Shown here one piece after another: positions 29,531 through 39,474 of a stretch of DNA of 64,000 bases. The position numbers and the translations under genes are program-made. The stretch is from contig CAWGYD010000006.1 in the NCBI GenBank assembly GCA_963826785.1, forward strand, positions 736,001 to 800,000. The letters are read 5' to 3'. The notes beneath the pieces were generated by a model. The model saw nothing but the letters and a program-made list of their open reading frames with translations. It did no database searches and was not told the origin of the DNA. The DNA comes from an uncultured delta proteobacterium (GTDB lineage Bacteria; Desulfobacterota; Desulfobacteria; Desulfobacterales; Desulfosalsimonadaceae). The stretch's first letter is position 1, and each line of letters starts with the position of its first letter.

Positions 29531-30814
29531 TTATTTCCGCTGGTCGATGGGCACGTAGGGCATTTCATTATTCCCCATGTAGATCTGCCGGGGGCGGCAC
29601 AGCTTCTGCTCCGGGTCGTCCAGGTTTTCCTTCCACTGGGCGATCCAGCCGGGCAGGCGGCCGATGGCGAACATGACGGTGAACATATTGGTGGGGATGC
29701 CCATGGCCCGCATGACGATTCCGCTGTAAAAATCGACATTCGGATACAGGTTGTGGTCGATGAAATAAGGGTCGCTCAATGCCACTTCCTCCAGGCGCTT
29801 GGCGATTTCCAGCTTGGGATCATCGACTTTCATCTTGGCCAGCACCTTGTGGCAGACCTCCTTCATGATCTTGGCCCGGGGGTCATAGGTCTTGTAGACC
29901 CGGTGGCCGAACCCCATCAGCCGGAAGGGATCGGCCTTGTCCTTGGCCCGGCGCACCACTTCATCGATGCTCAGCCCTTCCTTTTCGATCCGCGTCAGCA
30001 TTTCGATCACGGCCTGGTTGGCCCCGCCGTGCAGCGGCCCCCACAGGGCGCTGATCCCCGCCGACAGGGAGGCATAGATGTTGGCCAGCCCGCTTCCCAC
30101 GGTTCTCACCGTGGCCGTGGAGCAGTTCTGCTCGTGGTCTGCGTGCAGAATCCAGAAAACATTCAGTGCTTTGACCAGGTCGCTGTCCACCTCATAGGGT
30201 TTGACCGGGCTGTCGAACATCATGTTTAGAAAATTGGCGCAGTAGGTGTACTGGGGCAGGGGGTAGATGACCTTGTGCCCCATTGAGATCTTGTAGGACA
30301 TGGCCGCCATGGTCCGGACCTTGGACAGCAGCCGCAAAAAGGTCCGTTCGAATCCCTCGTCCGTATCGATGAGTTCGGGGTAGAAACTTCTCAGCGCGTT
30401 GACCATGGCAGACAGAATGCCCATGGGGTGGGAGCCCCGGGGAAAGCTCTGATAGAAGATCTGCATGTCTTCATGGACCAGGGAATGATCGTTCAGCATC
30501 ACGCTGGTACGGGTCAGTTCCTCCCGGCTGGGAAGCTTGCCGTTGATGAGAAGGTAGCTTGTTTCCACAAATGAGGAGTGTGCGGCCAGCTGCTCGATGG
30601 GGATGCCCCGGTAGCGCAGAATTCCTTTTTCCCCGTCCATGAAGGTGATGGCGCTCTTGCAGCATCCGGTGTCTGCGTAGCCGGGGTCATAGGTGATATA
30701 CCCGGTGGACGGCCGCAGGGCACGGATGTCGATCGCTTTTTCGCCTTCCGATCCGGTGATGATGGGAAGCTCAAGGGTTTTTCCGTCTACTGTCAGGGTG
30801 GCAAATTCGCTCAT
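29531..30814 (-). CDS. gltA: Citrate synthase
   Basis: HADHEQNCST, GPLHGGANQ, MGFGHRVYK and YPNVDFYSG motifs. Confidence 0.97.
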   Translation of the reverse strand: MSEFATLTVDGKTLELPIITGSEGEKAIDIRALRPSTGYITYDPGYADTGCCKSAITFMDGEKGILRYRGIPIEQLAAHSSFVETSYLLINGKLPSREELTRTSVMLNDHSLVHEDMQIFYQSFPRGSHPMGILSAMVNALRSFYPELIDTDEGFERTFLRLLSKVRTMAAMSYKISMGHKVIYPLPQYTYCANFLNMMFDSPVKPYEVDSDLVKALNVFWILHADHEQNCSTATVRTVGSGLANIYASLSAGISALWGPLHGGANQAVIEMLTRIEKEGLSIDEVVRRAKDKADPFRLMGFGHRVYKTYDPRAKIMKEVCHKVLAKMKVDDPKLEIAKRLEEVALSDPYFIDHNLYPNVDFYSGIVMRAMGIPTNMFTVMFAIGRLPGWIAQWKENLDDPEQKLCRPRQIYMGNNEMPYVPIDQRK

Positions 30815-31019
30815 GATCATGTCCTTTTGACCAAAAAATTTCTGGATGCCAGTATCGCATTGCGCGCCTAAATTTTATTTGTGGATAATTGACGATAGTT
30901 GTTTATCATCAAAGAAAAAAAATGGCCACATTATCCGCAGTCGGCAAACCGGTCAAGAAATAAGTCGGTTTTTGATTTTGGAAGTCTTCGGAAAACAGGG
31001 GCAGGAAAGTCCGCGTAAA

Positions 31020-32748
31020 TCAGTTGGTGCGGGATTTGGCGCCCATGGGCCGGGATGTCTCCAGCATCTCCCGGGCATGCTCCCGGGTGGCCGCGGTGAT
31101 GTCGGCGCCGCCGATCATGCGGGCGGTTTCCTCCAGGCGCCGGCCGCTGTCCAGCAGGAAAATGCGGGTGCAGGTGCGGCCCTGTTCCACCTGTTTTTCA
31201 ATCTTGAAATGGTGATGGGCGAATTTGGCGATCTGGGCCTGGTGGGTGATGCAGATCACCTGTGACCAGGCGGACAACGCGGCCAGTTTGAGGCCCACCA
31301 CCTCGGCGACTTCCCCTCCGATGCCGGCGTCCACTTCATCGAATATGAGAGTGGCGGTGGCGTCCCTGCCCGCCATGATCGACTTGATGGCCAGGACCAC
31401 CCGGGAGAGTTCCCCCCCCGAGGCGATGGCGGACAGCGGCTTGACCGCTTCCCCCACGTTGGGGGCGATCAGGAAACGAACCTGTTCCGCACCGGTTTCG
31501 GAAAGCGGCCGGCCGTCGGCAACCAGGTATTCGGAGGCCTGGCGGATGCGATGGGGTTCAAAAGCCACATCCATTCGGGTATGGGGCATTTTCAGCAACC
31601 CGAGTTCTTCTTCGATCCGCCGGGTCAGGTCTGTTGCGGCCTCACGCCGCTTCTGGCTCAGGTCCTCACACAAACTTCTCAGTTCCTGATGTTTTTGTTC
31701 GAGCCGATGCTTCAGCTCGGCAATCTTGTCGGACAGGTTTTCAAGGGCCTCCAGCTGGCATCGGATGTCGGTCAGGTAGTCGGATACTGCCGCAAGGGAG
31801 CCGCCGTACTTGCGTTGAAGCCGGTTTAAACAATCGATCCGGGCTTCGATTTCTTCAATCCGCAGTTCATCAAACTCGATTCTATCCGCATAGGCGCGCA
31901 GTTTTGAGGACACATCCTCGATCTTAAACGCCGCATCCGCCAGTTCCGCATGGTCACCTGACAGGTCCTGATCGATCCGGGCGGCCTTTTCCAGCTCCTT
32001 GAGGACTTCGCCCAGCCGATCGATAGACCGCTCCTTCTCCGCCGTACAAGGCTTCCACGGCTCCACGGGCGGTCTGGTAGAGCAGCTCGGCATGCTTTAG
32101 CCGGGTCAGTTCCTGCCTGAGATGATCGTCCTCACCCGCGGTGATGCCGGCACTTTCGATTTCAGTTTGCTGAAACTGCAGCAGTTCGACCTGTTCCTGC
32201 TGCTGTTGGACGGATTGCTGCAGATGATCCAGTTCGGAAAGGGCGGGCGTGATCTCCCGGTAGCATCGCTTCACCGCGTTGCGGAGCGGCGCCAGTCCGC
32301 CGAAATCGTCTAAGATGAAGAGATGCCGGTTCTCATCCAGGAGATTTTGATGTTCATGCTGGCCCGAAATGGCGGCAAGCTGCTGGGTGATGCTGCCCAG
32401 CAGTTGTATGGTGGAGAGTCGGTCATTGATATACACCCGGTGCCGGTCGTTTCGGGAAATCACCCGCCGGATCACCAGGCCGTCGGCAGGGTCGATATCG
32501 TGTCCGGCCAGGTGTGCCCGGACGGGGCTTGCTTCCGGCAGGTGAATCAGGGCGGTGATCTCCGCACTGTCGGCGCCGGTGCGGATCATGTCCGCATTGG
32601 CCCGGCTTCCCAGCAGGAGATTGACCGCATGGATGATGATCGACTTGCCCGCCCCGGTTTCCCCGCTTAAAACAGAAAGCCCCTCGGAAAAACGGATGGT
32701 GATGTCATCGATGATGGCAAAATTTCTGATGGCAAGTTCACTGATCAT
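31020..32748 (-). pseudogene. recN: DNA repair protein RecN, split by a +1 frameshift near 32025 (probable sequence error)
   Basis: N-half GETGAGKS; C-half ASGGELSR, FDEVDAG and ITHQAQ; removing one base joins GAV-IDRLGE. Confidence 0.9.
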
Positions 32749-32908
32749 GTCGGCATACGGGTCTTTGTCCGGCGCCCTGCCTGCAGCACCTGAAGTTTAT
32801 TTGTAAAAACCGATTGACGGCCGTAAAGAGGAATAATAGATTTACAGATCGATGAAGTTCCGTCGATTCTGCCCATTATAAATTGAAGCGGATTCTTGTC
32901 AAGCAAAC

Positions 32909-33878
32909 ATGGCGATCGGAAATCAAGCACAAGTGGAAATGAAACCAGCAGAAACCGAAATTATCCGGACCGAGCCCCAGATCATCGGCGGAGTGGCGGT
33001 TAAAGCCTATTTCATTCGGGCTGCAGACGGGACCGATCTGGCGGTCACCCGGATCAAGCCCCGGCATGATCGGCCTGCCGGGCATCCGGTGGTCCTGGTG
33101 CATGGCAGCTATTCCAACCGGCATTTTTTCATATCGCTAAAGGGGATCGGCCTGGGCGTGTTTCTGGCGGAACAGGGATTTGATGTCTGGATTGCCGAAA
33201 CCCGGGGACATGGGCTGTCCCCGAAAGGGAAACGGTTTTCGGGGATGACCGCGGAAGACCAGATCCGCCACGACTTGCCGGCGGTTCAAAACCTGGTGAC
33301 GGACCAGACGGGCTTAAGCGCCTTCTGGATCGGCCATTCCTTCGGGGGCCTGTTCATCATCGCCGAGCCTGTCGGCCGGCTGGCTATCCCAGGACCGGGT
33401 CACCGGCGTGGTGACGTTCGGCAGCCAGATCAGCCTGGGGGAAGAATATCTGAAAATTCCGCCCCTGGTCTGGACATTGAGTATCGTGCTCCGCCTGATC
33501 GGCCATTTCCCGGCACCCCGGTTCGGACTTGGCCCGGAGGCGGAACCGGCCGGGACCATCCTTGAGACCATCCGCTGGAAAAAGCTGGGGGGAAAATGGA
33601 CCAGTACGGCTGGGTTTTCCTACTGGGATGGACTTTCGAAGATCTCCGTGCCGGTGCTTTCCTATGCGGCGGCCGCCGACAGGAATGATCCGCCCGAAGG
33701 GTGCAAGTTGATTTTCGATCGGCTGGGATCCAAAGACAAGATTTTTATCATTTTGGGTAAAAACTACCGGTATTCAAAAGACTATGACCATGTGGGGATG
33801 GTGGTCAGCACCGAAGCCATGGCGGAAGTGTGGCCGGATGTGGCCGGATGGCTCAACGACCGGAGCGAATCGGTTTGA
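32909..33878 (+). pseudogene. Alpha/beta hydrolase, split by a +1 frameshift near 33365 (probable sequence error)
   Basis: LVHGSYSN and GHSFGG in the first frame; DRND and YDHVG in the second frame. Confidence 0.8.
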
Positions 33879-33889
33879 ACTCAGATTTC

Positions 33890-34576
33890 ATGCATCAAAC
33901 GATTCGTGAAAGCAGGGGCGGGCTTTTCATCCGGGCCATGGTGGTTTTGATGGTGCTGGCCCTGGCCGGGCTCGGCGGGGCGGTTTTTTACGGGTCTAAA
34001 ACCGTTCATGACCTTTTTAAAAATAATCAGAAGCTCAAGGCGGCCCTCTCCAACCTGACCCATGAGGATCAGATCGGGTACGCCAAGGTGATCGGCCAGA
34101 CGCAAAAAGAGGGCCGGCTCTATACCTCTTTGAAATTTGTGGAGACCGCCCGGGGAAATCCGCTGCAAAAAATTCTGGAACGGGAATATACCATCGAGGG
34201 GGATGTGGTCTTTTTTGATGCGATGATCGTCACCTTCGATGACCGATGGGTCATGGACGGCACCCGGCGGGCGATTTACCTGTGGCGGCGGGTATACGGA
34301 GAGAACATGCCACCGGCGCAGGGATTTCCCATTGAAATGGAATCGACCGCCCCCAGGCGATATGCGCCGCTCTTTGCCCCACTGGGGAACCAGGAGGATG
34401 ACATGTTCTGGGATGCGGTCTGGCAGCTGGCCGATGATCCAGACGCCCTGGCGGAATACGGGATCAAGGCGGTCTACGGCAATGCGGTGTACAAGAAGCT
34501 GAAGCCCGGCCTGATTTACGTATTTAAAATCAGCAACACCGGGCAGGTCTATCCGGAAGTGGTGCCCGACATATAA
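33890..34576 (+). CDS. Hypothetical protein with N-terminal membrane anchor
   Basis: Single hydrophobic helix followed by a globular region; operon-like spacing. Confidence 0.7.
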   Translation: MHQTIRESRGGLFIRAMVVLMVLALAGLGGAVFYGSKTVHDLFKNNQKLKAALSNLTHEDQIGYAKVIGQTQKEGRLYTSLKFVETARGNPLQKILEREYTIEGDVVFFDAMIVTFDDRWVMDGTRRAIYLWRRVYGENMPPAQGFPIEMESTAPRRYAPLFAPLGNQEDDMFWDAVWQLADDPDALAEYGIKAVYGNAVYKKLKPGLIYVFKISNTGQVYPEVVPDI

Positions 34577-34590
34577 TGAAAAATTAAAAA

Positions 34591-35052
34591 ATGGCCGAAT
34601 CGTTTCAATCGAAAATCACCCGGTGGGCATACAATTTTCATCCGGTCTACCGGCGGACCGGGGCCAAGATCATCTACATCGACGATTCCTGGCGGGAACT
34701 TCGCATTGCCATTCCGCTGAAGTTCCGGACCCGCAATTATTACGGAACCATCTCCGGGATCTGCATGTTCGGCGGAGTGGATCCGATTTACATGGTGATG
34801 CTCATCAAGTTGCTGGGGCCGGGATATGTGGTCTGGGACAAGCGGGCGGCCATTGATTTCAAGAGACCGGGAAAAAGGACCCTGACCGCCCGGTTTGTGG
34901 TCGATGAGAGCGAGCTGGCCCATATCCGCAAGCAGCCTGAAAGCGCAGCCGAACCTTGAGCGGATCTATCCATCGACCTGGTGGACCCGGAGGGCACCGT
35001 CTGCGCCACGGTGGAGAAAGTGATCCATATCCGAAAACGAAGATCGCCTTGA
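34591..35052 (+). pseudogene. DUF4442/PaaI-like hotdog-fold protein with compensating indels giving an internal stop at 34957
   Basis: NYYGTISGI..DPIY and VWDKRAAIDFKRPG motifs; frame continues as IDLVDPEGTVCATVEKVIHIRK. Confidence 0.75.
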
Positions 35053-35060
35053 ACTGAGGC

Positions 35061-35247
35061 GACATGGCTGTGGGTTTCTCCCGCTCGCTGTTCATTATTT
35101 TGATGCTTCTAAGATTCGCGGCGCTGCATCCTGGAAACTCGCCTGTCGGCTCAAACACTCCAGGATGCGGCCGCGCCGCTTCATCTAAGAAGCATTCGCA
35201 AAATAATGAAGCAATGGTTGTCGCCGGGAGAAACCCACAGCCATGTC
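35061..35247. repeat. 187-bp long-hairpin element, copy 1
   Basis: Perfect 23-bp terminal inverted repeat GACATGGCTGTGGGTTTCTCCCG with nested stems. Confidence 0.85.
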
Positions 35248-35306
35248 TTGTGGCATTGACCCCGTGGAAAATACCGGGTTTAAATATTCGAATCGGAAAA
35301 TAGAAA

Positions 35307-35704
35307 ATGGATTACGAAAACGTATTTACGGAACCAAAGCTGAAGGAAATATTCTCCCCGGACCGGGCGGATGATTTTTTCGAGGCGCTTTACGGCGATG
35401 CCGCCGAGGGTTCCTATGACATCGAACTGGTGTTTGTGAAAGGGGAGGCGGACCGCCTGAATTTTGAATTCCGACTGCACCAGCGGACTGGGAAATGCCT
35501 CCGCTGCAATCTCACCTACGGCTTGCCCAAGGTGTTTTCCCGCCATCCGGTTATCGGCGTGGCGGGGGTAATCGACCGGATCGATCAGGAGCTCTCCAAT
35601 GGCATGAAAACCGCCGGCTGGCGGCTGGGCGACACCCGGGAAGATTTCCCAAAAGACTGCATGTGATCCCGCTGACCATCGATCTGCAAAAAATGCCATC
35701 CTGA
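35307..35704 (+). CDS. Conserved hypothetical protein with CxxC, probable frameshift near 35645
   Basis: FFEALYGDAAEGSYDI and GKCLRCNLTYGLP; plausible C-terminus RLHVIPLTIDL in another frame. Confidence 0.7.
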
Positions 35705-36933
35705 ATTCCAAAATAATTTTCATTGTACTGCTTGTTGTATTCGCCATCGGCCTGGGCGTGGTACTGTATCCAGGAGATGATCAAGAGATTGTCCAAAAAG
35801 ACATTGAAATTCCGCAGCAGACGGTATCCGCTCCGGCTGCCCAAAGTGTAACGAAGCCGTCCGTAAACAGTGAACCGATGTTGCCGGCGGTGGCTTCAGT
35901 GGCCGATGATCCGGCAGTTTCGCAAGATTTGGCATCAGATGATAACCCCTACGTGTTTTATCCCGTATCGCTTGTCAGAGAGCTGGGGATCGACATGGAC
36001 AAGATGATTGCCGAGCGCGACCAATTCAAGAATACGGTGATTCATGTGGAATGGATGGACAGGGTCAACGATGTGCTGAAAAATCTCGACCCGGAAAAGA
36101 AGGCCGCCGTCATTAAAAACCATACCACGCTGCTCTACATTAAAGACCTGCTCAACCAGGCGTATCTTACCGGCGAAATGGACCATGAAACGTTTATCAC
36201 CGCCGTGGCCGAACTGATGAAGTGGCATCAGGACACCTTCGAGTCCATGCTGACCGGGGCGGAATACGAAGCTCTGTTTGAACTCAATCCCGAGGCGGCG
36301 GACCAGATGATCGATGAACTGCTGGAATCGTCTCCCAGATACAGTTTTATTTTGAATCAATCCGTTCCGGTCGAAGAGGTCACCAAACAGGTCCAGGGAT
36401 TCAAGCTTGAAGAAGTGGACGCCCAATTTAAAAAAATGATTTTCGACCGCGAGCAGATCGGTAAAAAAATCAATGCGGGGGAGATGACCCTGGAGCAGGC
36501 AAGAAAAGCCCTGGCCCAGAGCCAGCAGGCGTTTATCGACAAATGCAAGGCACTGCTCACCACAGACGAGATCAACACGATTTTCGGGTCCATGGCAGCC
36601 CTGGAAACCGGCCAGGTGCAGACCGAACCGCCCGCTGTCTTAGGGGATTCCGATGAAGTGGAACTCGGTTTCAGGATTGAAAACCCGGAAACCTCCATTG
36701 AAATGGTCAAGAAAAAGGTGGAACCGCAAAAGCTTGAAGATATCAAGTTTTTCTACCAGCAGCGGGCAGAGGAAAGAGAAGGCCTTGTCACCAGGCTTGA
36801 AGCCGGCGAAATAAAAGAGGAAATTCTTGAAAACATATCAAATGAAATGGATCAGGCCTTTGAGGAAAACTGCAAAAGCATCCTCACCGGCGCAGGGATT
36901 GTCTATTTTTGCGATAAAATCCGCTATAACTGA
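35701..36933 (+). CDS. Membrane-anchored acidic helical protein with three internal repeats
   Basis: Frame is open from 35701 (LNSKIIFIVLLVVFAIGLGVVLY); start codon uncertain. Confidence 0.7.
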   Translation: MNSKIIFIVLLVVFAIGLGVVLYPGDDQEIVQKDIEIPQQTVSAPAAQSVTKPSVNSEPMLPAVASVADDPAVSQDLASDDNPYVFYPVSLVRELGIDMDKMIAERDQFKNTVIHVEWMDRVNDVLKNLDPEKKAAVIKNHTTLLYIKDLLNQAYLTGEMDHETFITAVAELMKWHQDTFESMLTGAEYEALFELNPEAADQMIDELLESSPRYSFILNQSVPVEEVTKQVQGFKLEEVDAQFKKMIFDREQIGKKINAGEMTLEQARKALAQSQQAFIDKCKALLTTDEINTIFGSMAALETGQVQTEPPAVLGDSDEVELGFRIENPETSIEMVKKKVEPQKLEDIKFFYQQRAEEREGLVTRLEAGEIKEEILENISNEMDQAFEENCKSILTGAGIVYFCDKIRYN

Positions 36934-37043
36934 AATGAAATGACAGGCCAAAAAGAATCTCTGCACGTTGAGCCCGGCGTTCGTATTGAGCGCTTAAACG
37001 AAAACCGACAATTTTTCCCGGATGATCACCGAAAATGTTTTCG

Positions 37044-38208
37044 TCATTTTCCCGCCTTGCGGATCCCCAGCTTATCCATGGCAATGATCATCTTGCAGAT
37101 GTTGGCCGAGCCTTCCACCATGGCGTAGGTGGGGGCGTCCCGGTAGAGGCGGGCCACCGGATACTCGGTGGAATATCCGTAGGCGCCCAGAATGCGCATG
37201 GCGGCGGTGGCGCACCGGGTGACGGTCTCTCCGGCAAAATACTTGGCCTGGGCCACGGAGAGCCCGTTGTCCAGATTGCCGGCGTCTTTTTCCCTGGATG
37301 CCTTATAGACGAGCAGACGGGCTGCTTCGATGTCGGTGGCCATCCGGGCGATAAGATCCTGGTTCATCTGGTACTCGCCGATGGGTTTTCCGAACTGCCT
37401 GCGCTGGTTGCAGTATTTGACGGCGGCATCCAGGCAGGCCTGGGCCACGCCCACGGCCCCGGCTGCTGCGGAGACACGGGTCTGATTTAATGACGAAAAC
37501 ACAATGCGGGCGCCGTCGCCGGGGCTGCCCAGGATGTTTTCCCTGGGCACTTTCGCATCGGTGAGGAAAATTTCGCCGGTGGGCGAAGAGTGTGATCCCA
37601 TCTTGTCCAGCCGGGAGGTTTTGATGCCTTCGAAATTTTTCATCTCCAGCACAAAAGCAGAAAGCCCCCTGCCGCGCTGGTTTTTGTCCGTGAAGGCATA
37701 GCAGATGATCACATCGGCGATGTCGGCATTGGAGATCCAGGTTTTAGAGCCGTTTAACAGCCAGTGGTCGCCTTTATCTTCTGCCACCGTTGAGATGGAC
37801 ATGACATCAGATCCCGTATCCGGTTCGGTGATGGCAAACCCGCCCAGGTATTCGCCGCGCACCAGCCGGGGAATATATTTTTTCTTCAGTTCCTCGCTGC
37901 CGTACTTATAGATGGTGTAGGCCGACCCGAGCCCCTGCATGTTCACCTGCACCCTAAGTGAACTCGATGCCCGGGCGATCTCCTCGGTGATGATGGCCGC
38001 CGACAGCCAGTCCATCCCTTCGCCGCCGTATTCCTCCGGGATGCACATGCCGAAAAACCCCAGCTCTCCCATGGGCTTGATCACTTCCTCATAGGGGAAA
38101 TAATGGTCCGCGTCCCACTGGTCCGCATAGGGGGCAATCTTCTTGGCGGCAAATTCCCGCACCGCCTTGTCGCAGCATTTCGTGTTCTTTTGATAGTGTG
38201 AAATCCAT
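37044..38208 (-). CDS. acd: Glutaryl-CoA dehydrogenase (non-decarboxylating); +1 frameshift near 38170 (probable sequence error)
   Basis: MDFTLSKEHEML.. start, HYFPYEEV..PMGELGFFG and YRDAPTYAMVEGSANICKMIIA, resembling Desulfococcus multivorans Acd as recalled. Confidence 0.85.
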
Positions 38209-38241
38209 TGTTTTATTCCTTTTGTTCGATGGTTTGTTTAA

Positions 38242-38493
38242 ACCATGAAGAACACGAAGTTCACGAAGACTCTAATCCGGTAGATCCGTGAAATGATGAT
38301 TTTCAGCCGCAAACTGCCCGGACACCCCCCTTTGCCCCCCTCAAGGGGGGATTTGAAAGGAATTGTCTTTTTTAATTCCCCCCTTCAGGGGGGTTAGGGG
38401 GGTGTTGCTGCCTGTCGTTTGCATGAATCTTCACATTTTAGGGCTATTGTCACTAAAATTTTTCTTCTTCATGCCCTTCATGTACTTCATGGT
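38242..38493. repeat. Nested repeats: outer 9-nt-period CA(C/T)GAAG inverted pair around an inner REP-like pair
   Basis: Outer arms at 38242-38268 and 38467-38493; inner copies at 38322-38352 and 38375-38405. Confidence 0.8.
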
Positions 38494-38503
38494 GAATTCA
38501 TTT

Positions 38504-39268
38504 TTACGCCATGGTCAGCCCGCCGCTGACACTGAGCACCTGGCCGGTGATAAATGACGCCTCGTCGGAGGCGAAAAAGACCACCGCATGGGCGATGTCC
38601 TGGGGGGTGCCCATGCGTTTTAAGGGAATGATCCTGTCCATGCCGGAGAGGATCTTGTCCGCCAGGGCGTCCTCGGCCTTCATGTCGTCCAGCAAAGGCG
38701 TGGGCGTCGGCCCCGGGCAGATCACGTTGACCGTGATCTGGTTTCTCGCCAGTTCCCGGGCCATGGTTTTGGAAAAAGAGATCACCGCCCCCTTGGCCCC
38801 GGCGTAGACCGATTCGCCGGTGCTCCCCACCCGGGCGGCATCCGAGGCGATGTTGATGATCCGCCCCGATCCTCTGGCCATCATCTCCCCGGCCGCTGCA
38901 AAGGTGGTGTTGAGCACCCCTTTGTAGTTGATGTCGATCACCTTGTCCCAGAATTCCGGGGTGGTCTTCACAAACGGCTTCATCCGGTCCCACCCGGCAT
39001 TGTTCACCAGGATGTCGATGGTGCCGAAATCCTGTTTGACTTTTTCCGCCATGGCCTGGACCGAGGCCAGGTCAGTGATGTCGGTGCGCACCGCCACGGC
39101 CCTCCCGCCGGCGGCTTGAATTTCCTCCGCCGTCTTTTGGGCGTCTTCTTCCAGCAGGTCGGCTATGGCGACCCTTGCCCCCTGGACCGCCAGGATTGAT
39201 GATATGGCCTTCCCGATCCCCCGGGCCCCGCCGGTGACGACGGCGACTTTGTCGGTGAGTTTAAACAT
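38504..39268 (-). CDS. SDR, 2-hydroxycyclohexanecarboxyl-CoA dehydrogenase (BadH)-like
   Basis: NNAGWD..PF, IASDAARVGSTGESVY, CPGPTPTPLL and VLSVSGGLTM motifs. Confidence 0.75.
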   Translation of the reverse strand: MFKLTDKVAVVTGGARGIGKAISSILAVQGARVAIADLLEEDAQKTAEEIQAAGGRAVAVRTDITDLASVQAMAEKVKQDFGTIDILVNNAGWDRMKPFVKTTPEFWDKVIDINYKGVLNTTFAAAGEMMARGSGRIINIASDAARVGSTGESVYAGAKGAVISFSKTMARELARNQITVNVICPGPTPTPLLDDMKAEDALADKILSGMDRIIPLKRMGTPQDIAHAVVFFASDEASFITGQVLSVSGGLTMA

Positions 39269-39329
39269 CCGCTTCTCCTTTGTCCGTGAATTGTTATCCC
39301 TTCATCCACAAAACTGACAAATGATTCGA

Positions 39330-39474
39330 GTGCCTGAACGGGAAAGCGCAGATTTCGGTTCAAGACAAGGCCGCAGGAATTTTTTGACCGGAGGCGCAGC
39401 AGTCGCTGCGTTGAGGATCAAAAAATTCTGAGAATGCAGTATTGGGCCGAAAGATGCGCTTTCCATTCAGGCAC
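39330..39474. repeat. 145-bp long-hairpin (MITE-like) element
   Basis: GTGCCTGAAcgGGAAAGCGCA ... TGCGCTTTCCaTTCAGGCAC with internal paired arms. Confidence 0.8.

Noticed and set aside
31990..32050. Programmed frameshift in recN
   Set aside because: No slippery heptamer; one of several nearby single-base indels.
34957..34959. In-frame TGA in the DUF4442 gene as selenocysteine or readthrough
   Set aside because: Better explained by compensating +1/-1 indels (alternative frame KQLKAQPNLERIY) inside the error-rich segment; no Cys is expected there.
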